From NCBI GenBank assembly GCA_004764695.1, contig SMSO01000034.1, forward strand, positions 4,092,001-4,156,000: DNA of 64,000 nucleotides. The letters are read 5' to 3'. The notes below the pieces were generated by a model that was given only the letters and a program-made list of their open reading frames with translations, had not been told where the DNA came from and ran no database searches. Origin of the DNA: Schizochytrium sp. TIO01 (lineage: Eukaryota > Protista > Bigyra: Labyrinthulomycetes). The translations under genes were made by a program, and so were the position numbers. Shown here piece by piece: positions 57,568-64,000 of this stretch (the stretch's first letter is position 1; the number at the start of each line of letters is the position of its first letter).

Positions 57568-57733
57568 GGAAGTTAGCTTACGAGGTAAATTAGAGAAGTA
57601 ATAGGAGCGAAAAGTTGATTGATGCCTGTTTTACTCTCGAATTAGTTGGCCTGGCTCGCTTGCAAATCAGTTTCGACTTGCGGCTGTTGCCTCGCGACCC
57701 TTGCGACGGAACAGCAGATAACCTTTTGACACG

Positions 57734-60205
57734 ATGTCTGACCACGATGCCCTCGCTGCGGAGCTGGAACAGCTCCGCAAGCGCATGGAAGAGATCGAGA
57801 TTGCCATGAGCTCTGGCTGCGGCCATGACCACGGCGCCGAAGAGCCCAAGGCCGTCAAGGCCCGCACAGAGAACGCCCGTATGACGAAGAGTGCTGGCGC
57901 TGAGATTGGAGCAAACGAGGGCCGTCTTGGTGGCAAGTTTTCTTTCAAGGAAAACCCCGAGTTCATCGCGAACCGTCTCGCCAAGTACGAGGAGCTTAAG
58001 GCTGCCAAGGATGAGGAGCTGCAGAAGATGCCTCGCGAGGCCATCAAGGTCACTCTTCCTGACGGTGCTGTTGTGGATGGTACATCTTTCGAAACCTCCC
58101 CCATGGACATCGCGACCGGCATCAGCGTCGGTCTCGCCGCCAACTGCGTTGTTGCCAAGGTCTTCTACACCCGCCGCGTCGGCAACCACGTAGAGATCGC
58201 TGACAGCTCTGGCTTTGAGGACGATGACAACGACGACGAGGAAGAGGTAAACAAGGGCGAGCTCTGGGACATGGAGCGCCCGCTTGAAGGTGACTGTAAG
58301 CTGGAGCTCCTCAAGTTTGGAGACCGCGAGGCCAACATGGTCTTCTGGCACTCTTCCGCACACATCCTCGGAGAGTGCATTGAGTGCCAGCTCGGATCGC
58401 ACCTTACGGTTGGACCTCCCATTGACCCTGGATTTTACTACGATACCTACGTGGGCGGGGAGGGTCTCGAGTCTAAGAAGATCACGGAGCTTGAGAACAA
58501 GGCCAAGAAGGTTATCAAGGAAAAGCAGAAGTTCGAGCGTATCGTGCTCACCAAGGAGGAGGCACTCGAGTTGTTCAAGGAAAACCCGTACAAGGTGTCA
58601 ATCATCACGAACAAGGTCAAGGACGGAAGCCTGACTACGGCTTACAGGTGCGGACCTCTGATCGATTTGTGTATGGGACCCCACATTCCTCACACTGGCA
58701 AGGTTAAGGCGTTCGAACTGACCCAAGCAACAACTGCATTCTGGCTGGGATCCACAAATAACGACTCGCTGCAGCGTATCTACGGTATCTCATTCCCGGA
58801 TAAGAAGCTTCTGACGGAGCACAAGGAGTTCATGAAGCAAGCTGCTGAGAATGACCATCGCAAGAAGGGCGTGGAGCAGGACCTCTTCTTCTTCCACGAC
58901 TACAGCCCTGGAAGCTGCTTTTTCAAGCCCCGCGGAGCCCGCATCTACACCACGTTGCTTGAGTTCATGCGCGAGGAGTACAAGAAGCGTGGATATACTG
59001 AGGTCGTTACGCCTAACATCTTCAACTCCAAGCTCTGGCAGGTGTCTGGCCACTGGGAGCACTACAAGGACGACATGTTTACATTTCAAGACGGAGACAA
59101 GGAAACTTTTGGCCTCAAGCCCATGAACTGCCCCGGCCACTGCCTCATGTTCGCCAACTCGAAGCACTCCTTCCGCGAGCTGCCTCTTCGCCTCGCAGAC
59201 TTTGGTGTCCTGCACCGTAACGAGGCCAGTGGAGCGCTCTCAGGCCTGACCCGCGTGCGTCGCTTCCAGCAGGATGATGGTCATATCTTCTGCGCAAAGG
59301 AGCAACTCGAGGGTGAGCTCTTGGGCGCGCTTAACTTCATGAAGCACGTGTACGAGACTTTCGGCATGACTTACAAGCTTGAGAGATCTACGCGCCCCAA
59401 GAAGGCAGTAGGACTCGAAACGGCCGAGGGTGTCGAACTCTGGGATTACGCAGAGAACTCGCTTGCCAAGGTCCTCGATGAGTTTGCCGGAGCCGGAAAC
59501 TGGCGCGACAACCCCGGTGATGGTGCCTTCTACGGCCCCAAGATCGATATCAAGGTCATGGATAGCATGCGCCGCGTGCACCAGTGCGCCACGGTGCAAC
59601 TCGACTTCCAGCTGCCCAAGCGCTTTGATCTGAGCTTCCAGACTGCTGATGGCTTTGACCGCCCTGTTATGATCCACCGTGCCATGCTTGGATCGGTCGA
59701 GCGTATGATTGCTGTGCTTACCGAGCACTTCAAGGGCAAGTGGCCCTTCTGGCTCTCGCCGCGCCAGGCCATTGTCATCCCCATCCACCCGGATCACAAC
59801 GAATTCGCTGAGGAGGTTCGCCAGCGCCTTCACGATGCTGGTATCTTCTGTGACGCTGATACCTCGAAGGGTAAGACCCTCAACAAGAAGATTCTCCTCG
59901 CACAGCATGCTCAGTACAACTTCATGCTCGTCGTTGGACCCACCGAGAAGGAGACTGACTCCGTCAATATTCGTACCCGCCTCGACCGCAAGCTTGGCAT
60001 CAAGACTGTCACTGAGACCATCGAGCTCTTCACCAAGTGGAAGACTGAGCGCACTCTTATCACCGAGCCGGAGCCCACTGCCGAGGAGCTCGAGCGTGCC
60101 GCAGCTCTGGCCGCCAAAGGCAAGAGCCGTAACCAAAAGGGCAAGAAGCAAGAGCCCAAGAAGGACGACGCAGAGGCACCCGCTGCACCTGCCGCTGAGG
60201 AGTGA
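57734..60205 (+). CDS. TARS1: Threonyl-tRNA synthetase, cytosolic type
   Basis: TGS domain, editing domain FWHSSAHILG/DLCMGPH, KPMNCPGHC, LHRNEASGALSGLTRVRRFQQDDGHIFC, GAFYGPKID, MIHRAMLGSVER and WPFWLSPRQ. Strong GC3 codon bias. Confidence 0.98.
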   Translation: MSDHDALAAELEQLRKRMEEIEIAMSSGCGHDHGAEEPKAVKARTENARMTKSAGAEIGANEGRLGGKFSFKENPEFIANRLAKYEELKAAKDEELQKMPREAIKVTLPDGAVVDGTSFETSPMDIATGISVGLAANCVVAKVFYTRRVGNHVEIADSSGFEDDDNDDEEEVNKGELWDMERPLEGDCKLELLKFGDREANMVFWHSSAHILGECIECQLGSHLTVGPPIDPGFYYDTYVGGEGLESKKITELENKAKKVIKEKQKFERIVLTKEEALELFKENPYKVSIITNKVKDGSLTTAYRCGPLIDLCMGPHIPHTGKVKAFELTQATTAFWLGSTNNDSLQRIYGISFPDKKLLTEHKEFMKQAAENDHRKKGVEQDLFFFHDYSPGSCFFKPRGARIYTTLLEFMREEYKKRGYTEVVTPNIFNSKLWQVSGHWEHYKDDMFTFQDGDKETFGLKPMNCPGHCLMFANSKHSFRELPLRLADFGVLHRNEASGALSGLTRVRRFQQDDGHIFCAKEQLEGELLGALNFMKHVYETFGMTYKLERSTRPKKAVGLETAEGVELWDYAENSLAKVLDEFAGAGNWRDNPGDGAFYGPKIDIKVMDSMRRVHQCATVQLDFQLPKRFDLSFQTADGFDRPVMIHRAMLGSVERMIAVLTEHFKGKWPFWLSPRQAIVIPIHPDHNEFAEEVRQRLHDAGIFCDADTSKGKTLNKKILLAQHAQYNFMLVVGPTEKETDSVNIRTRLDRKLGIKTVTETIELFTKWKTERTLITEPEPTAEELERAAALAAKGKSRNQKGKKQEPKKDDAEAPAAPAAEE

Positions 60206-61140
60206 GGATTCTCTCGAGATGTATCCATTCGCAATACCTCACAACCACAGCCCTAGCAACCTATGCAAAAAGAGAAAAACCTGACTTATTTTCACTCCTG
60301 TGATGAATTTTTTACCTATTTCATGTATCTTCTACTTGTTGATGCTTTGAAACAAAGCAAAGCAAAGCAAGCACGCGCATCGATCAAACAACCAGTTGAT
60401 GGAAAACTGCAACATAAGGATAGTTCTGTTGATGATTTTCCCGAATAACACTAATTCTTCGTTCTCCGTTTCTCTTTTTTTCAAAACACTTATGAACAAC
60501 AGTCAAATTAATTCTTTAAAAGCATAGTGACACTATCATAGGTGAGAGTGAGATGTTCAACAGTGAATCTGCCAGTAAGTGATACTTTAGTTCACCAACT
60601 ACAGATACATATAGCACGTTTAAAAGTAAATGACAACATAAGTTTCCGAAAGCAAACTCTAACCTTGCCAGATTATCGTTTCATCTACCGATGTACTATG
60701 TAACATTTAAAAAAAGAGCATCGCTTCTCTTTGCATGCTTTGCCGATGCTTCTTAGCAATATGTGTGAGTGAAGAATCTGTGTTTAGTCTTTTTTCAGAA
60801 CGTTTGTTTGGAGTGCCACACCAGAAGCAATTCGTAAATAGAGTGCATTGTGGAAAAGTGTAAACATGAGATCTAGAATGAGAAGGCAGGAAAGCTCAAA
60901 ACTTCGTTTGAAAAAGTAACTAGATGGTTATTTTTTTGGCTGGGTTTATTCGTTTGAGTTCAAAGCATTAAAGGCACAACAGATACACACGCGAATGCAT
61001 GGGCAATATTAGAGACTAGGCAAGCAAGCAAAAGCGCTGCTTGTGGTTTTGCAAGCAGTCGAGGCAGGAGATGTACGTACAGACAGCCTGCCACACATCC
61101 ACAATAGGAAGCACTTTTCGTAAAATCCTAAAGAAAAGAT

Positions 61141-63351
61141 TTACTTGAGGGACACCAAGCTACCATTATCATCAACGGAGTGCAAATCGTCGAGAATCTC
61201 AGCAAAGTCGTGCTGGGGAGCCTTATCTCCACTAGCAACCGACTTCGCCTTCTTGATAGCCAGAGCACGAAGCTCCTTCGGGGTTTCCGCGGCAACCTTG
61301 CCCTTGAAAGCAAAAACAATGCAGTTGGTATCACCAATCGCTTGCAAAGGAATGCAAAGTACCTGGGCAAACTGCTCACGGAACATCTTGAGGATTTCAT
61401 CACGCTTGCCAGCAGACTTGCAAGCAAGGTTGGTGATCAAAAGACCATCATCCGTAAGAATCTTCTTCATGTCATCAATGGCTCCCTGCTCAAGAAAAGA
61501 GCGCGGCGGGAAGAAGATCGGCTGGGAGAGATCCTTTGCATCCACATCGAGGAAGATTGTGTCAAACGATTGTTCGCCGGTCTTGGCAGTCTCGTTGATC
61601 CACTCGGCACCATCACCAATGTGGACATTGATATCCTTGTCTGAAAAGTCAAACCAGTTCTTTGCAGTTTGCAAAACAATCGGGTCAAGCTCGACGGCCT
61701 GAACATCAGTCTTGCCGGAGTACCATGAGCACTGCGAAGCAAGATATGAGGCAAGGGCGCCGCCACCAAGACCAACTACAACAGTACGAGCAGGTGCATC
61801 CTGCTTGGAGGGCAGAAAGAAGAGACCAGAGACCATGGCGCGATGAAACTCAAAGGCAAGGAACGACTTGTCTACCTTGAAAGTCAGGCCCTTGCTGTTA
61901 CCTCCCTTCTTTGCCTTACCACCCTTCTTGTTTGCAGGCTTCTTGTTGCGGTGCTTAATAATGCGTGCCTCAGATTGGATTACGTCGGACGCATTTAAGA
62001 ACACCAGACGACGGTGAATGAGAGTCTTATCAGAGTCCTCATCAGCAATCTCTACATCCTCAATAATGAGCTCGCCACTAAGCTCGGAGTGCTCCTTGGC
62101 CACTGACTTACGCGTGCCGAGATCCGGGCCCAAGGTAACGTAGGGGACCTTGGCATCCTCCAAACCTTCAGGGTAGAGCTGCGACATAGACGGGGAGAGC
62201 TCAGCTTGAACAGCCTCGATTGACTCAAAGGTATGATTGCGTCCAAGACTGATGACAATCAGCCGAGCAATACCATTGCTGGACGCAACCTGGAGCTGAC
62301 CCTCTTCGCTGGCAAACGTCCACTCATGCTCACGGCCTTGGGGCACCAGGAACACAGCACAAGGGATTGCAGCGTCTTTCAGGCTCCGGTCAGAGTCCAC
62401 AATGCTGACAAGGAAACGCGGGGTGCTGGCGTTCTCCATAGAGGCATCCCAAAGAGCAAAACGAGCGCGAAGACCGCGTCCTTTGGTCTGGATGTTACGT
62501 TGCATGTGGTACACGAGGCGGCGGTCCTCCACAGCTTGCTCAAGTTCCTCACGGGTTTCCACAGATTGTCCAGGCTGGCCCGGCGCAGGGAAAACCGCAA
62601 GGGTGGGGTTCTCGGCAGACTTGTGAGCACGGATCAAGAAGGGAGCAATGTTGGAACCAGCAGCCGGGTCGAATGCACGAACCTCAAGCGTAAATCCACT
62701 GCTAGGCTGGAACTTCTCCACAAGAAGTTGGAGAATGTGCTCCTGGGCAAGAGTCACACAAAGGTAAGATCCACCAGGACGCAAAACGCGCTCGATCTCG
62801 GCAAGCATCTTGCTACCCTGCTCCACCGCAGACTCATCAGTCATAAGGGCATCAAGTGCACCCTTATCAAAGACTAGGTCGAATGTCTTGTCCCAGGAGG
62901 ACTCCATGGCAAGAAAGTCCATAACCTCGTACTTAAGACCAGGCTTATCTGTGGCGCGAGCACGCATTTCCTCGATGACGACCTCACTAAAATCAATGCT
63001 GGTCACTTGGTGGAATCCCGCAGCGTACATATCCTCACTAAGGGTGGAGTTACCGCAACCAACAACAAGAACCTTAGCGTTCTCGCGAGTTTCCGCAGGA
63101 ACAGACATGGTCTCGACCTGGTCCGCAAAATCAGACCACGAACCATACCACTCGAAGGCTCCAGTGCGACCATCTTGCTCACGAAGCTTGTTAAAGAACT
63201 GGTCCCAGTATGTGCGCGTAGCAAATTGCTGGTGCGTCTGCGGAAGAAGCTTAAGAGCCTCCTCGGGGTTTGGGTTCATGATTGGCACAGCCCGGCCTTC
63301 CTCAGCGCCACGAGGCGGCTTTGGGGGCATGATATCCTTGCGACCAGACAT
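61141..63351 (-). CDS. METTL13: eEF1A lysine and N-terminal methyltransferase (dual MTase)
   Basis: YWDQFF..FEWYG, VVGCGNS, FDKGALDAL, VFLVPQGREHEWTFASEEGQ, RRLVFL..IQSE and a second MTase domain VVGLGGG..VELDP. Confidence 0.95.
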   Translation of the reverse strand: MSGRKDIMPPKPPRGAEEGRAVPIMNPNPEEALKLLPQTHQQFATRTYWDQFFNKLREQDGRTGAFEWYGSWSDFADQVETMSVPAETRENAKVLVVGCGNSTLSEDMYAAGFHQVTSIDFSEVVIEEMRARATDKPGLKYEVMDFLAMESSWDKTFDLVFDKGALDALMTDESAVEQGSKMLAEIERVLRPGGSYLCVTLAQEHILQLLVEKFQPSSGFTLEVRAFDPAAGSNIAPFLIRAHKSAENPTLAVFPAPGQPGQSVETREELEQAVEDRRLVYHMQRNIQTKGRGLRARFALWDASMENASTPRFLVSIVDSDRSLKDAAIPCAVFLVPQGREHEWTFASEEGQLQVASSNGIARLIVISLGRNHTFESIEAVQAELSPSMSQLYPEGLEDAKVPYVTLGPDLGTRKSVAKEHSELSGELIIEDVEIADEDSDKTLIHRRLVFLNASDVIQSEARIIKHRNKKPANKKGGKAKKGGNSKGLTFKVDKSFLAFEFHRAMVSGLFFLPSKQDAPARTVVVGLGGGALASYLASQCSWYSGKTDVQAVELDPIVLQTAKNWFDFSDKDINVHIGDGAEWINETAKTGEQSFDTIFLDVDAKDLSQPIFFPPRSFLEQGAIDDMKKILTDDGLLITNLACKSAGKRDEILKMFREQFAQVLCIPLQAIGDTNCIVFAFKGKVAAETPKELRALAIKKAKSVASGDKAPQHDFAEILDDLHSVDDNGSLVSLK

Positions 63352-64000
63352 TTGCTAGATACGAACTAAATATATAGGCTCGACGAATCAACGATTGATT
63401 TCAAATGGAAAGCTCGCAAATCGAATTGCTCGTGATGATGACGATGGCTACAAAGATAGGAAGCTCCAAAAACTTCGCGAGACCACTAATCTGCAAGACA
63501 ACTCGAGTCTCACAATCGATCCAGCCAGTTTTAGGCGCAGACCTTCTCTAAAATAGCTCCAAAAAGACCTCCGAGGTCTCTGAAGCTGCCCTTTGCAGGT
63601 TTGCGAAGCTCCTTGAGCTTTGCTCTGCGCCAAGTGCTCCAAACCTTCGATTCTGCCTCGCCGCCACTAGTCCCGACCAAGCCTCCTCCGCGGCCGTAGC
63701 AGAGAACGCCCAATATTATGCTTATTATTTAGCAGTCAGCGATAGGAACAAAAAGAACAGTGCACAACCCATTTTCATATTACATAGAACGCTTGGAACA
63801 TACTGTCTTATTCTTCATTGATGAGATGGATAAATCTCGCGCTTGCTTATGATCCCATTCACAACCTGGTTGGTACAACAAGAGTTAAAAACTTAACATT
63901 ACCATCAAGGATAACATTAACGCATACGACTTTGCTGTTCTTAAGAGGGTTAATGTGGCTTTGCGAAATAAAAATATATATCTCTCTCAGTGGCGCCAAT

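Noticed and set aside
57590-60151. Long antisense ORFs (270 and 303 aa) opposite ThrRS, and similar ones opposite METTL13 and MCM6
   Set aside because: Expected shadows of GC3-biased coding sequence.
1-64000. CRISPR arrays, tRNAs, prokaryotic operon signals
   Set aside because: The sequence is eukaryotic. The repeats are microsatellites without unique spacers and no tRNA cloverleaf was found by eye.

Overview
Eukaryotic, intron-poor, gene-dense nuclear DNA of moderate GC with microsatellite-rich intergenic spacers. The style suggests a protist such as a thraustochytrid/labyrinthulomycete stramenopile (inference, not proven). About 20 protein genes are present: DPH2 (5' partial), RPA43, NSE3/MAGE, a USP deubiquitinase, BMT2, CEP131, a Kelch + pRiA4b-ORF3-like + MYND protein, an atypical SDR-like protein of bacterial type, Sec1/Munc18, RAI1/DXO, an M23 peptidase-PA fusion, MCM6, a HECT E3 ligase, an ankyrin protein, Maf, threonyl-tRNA synthetase, METTL13 and three orphan ORFs. 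The main anomaly is that two unrelated genes 6 kb apart (M23-PA and HECT) are each broken by one +1 frameshift at the same UUU-C context. The HECT site is UUU_CGU, the influenza PA-X/amalgavirus +1 slippage motif. This is either programmed +1 recoding or a recurrent homopolymer sequencing error. Other notable items: a ~240-bp foldback element next to a decayed piggyBac-like transposase fragment (40.9-41.9 kb), a helix-rich ORF-free segment that may be a structured ncRNA (29.9-30.3 kb), a perfect 34-bp palindrome, and a higher-order pentamer satellite. No tRNA, rRNA or CRISPR array was recognised.
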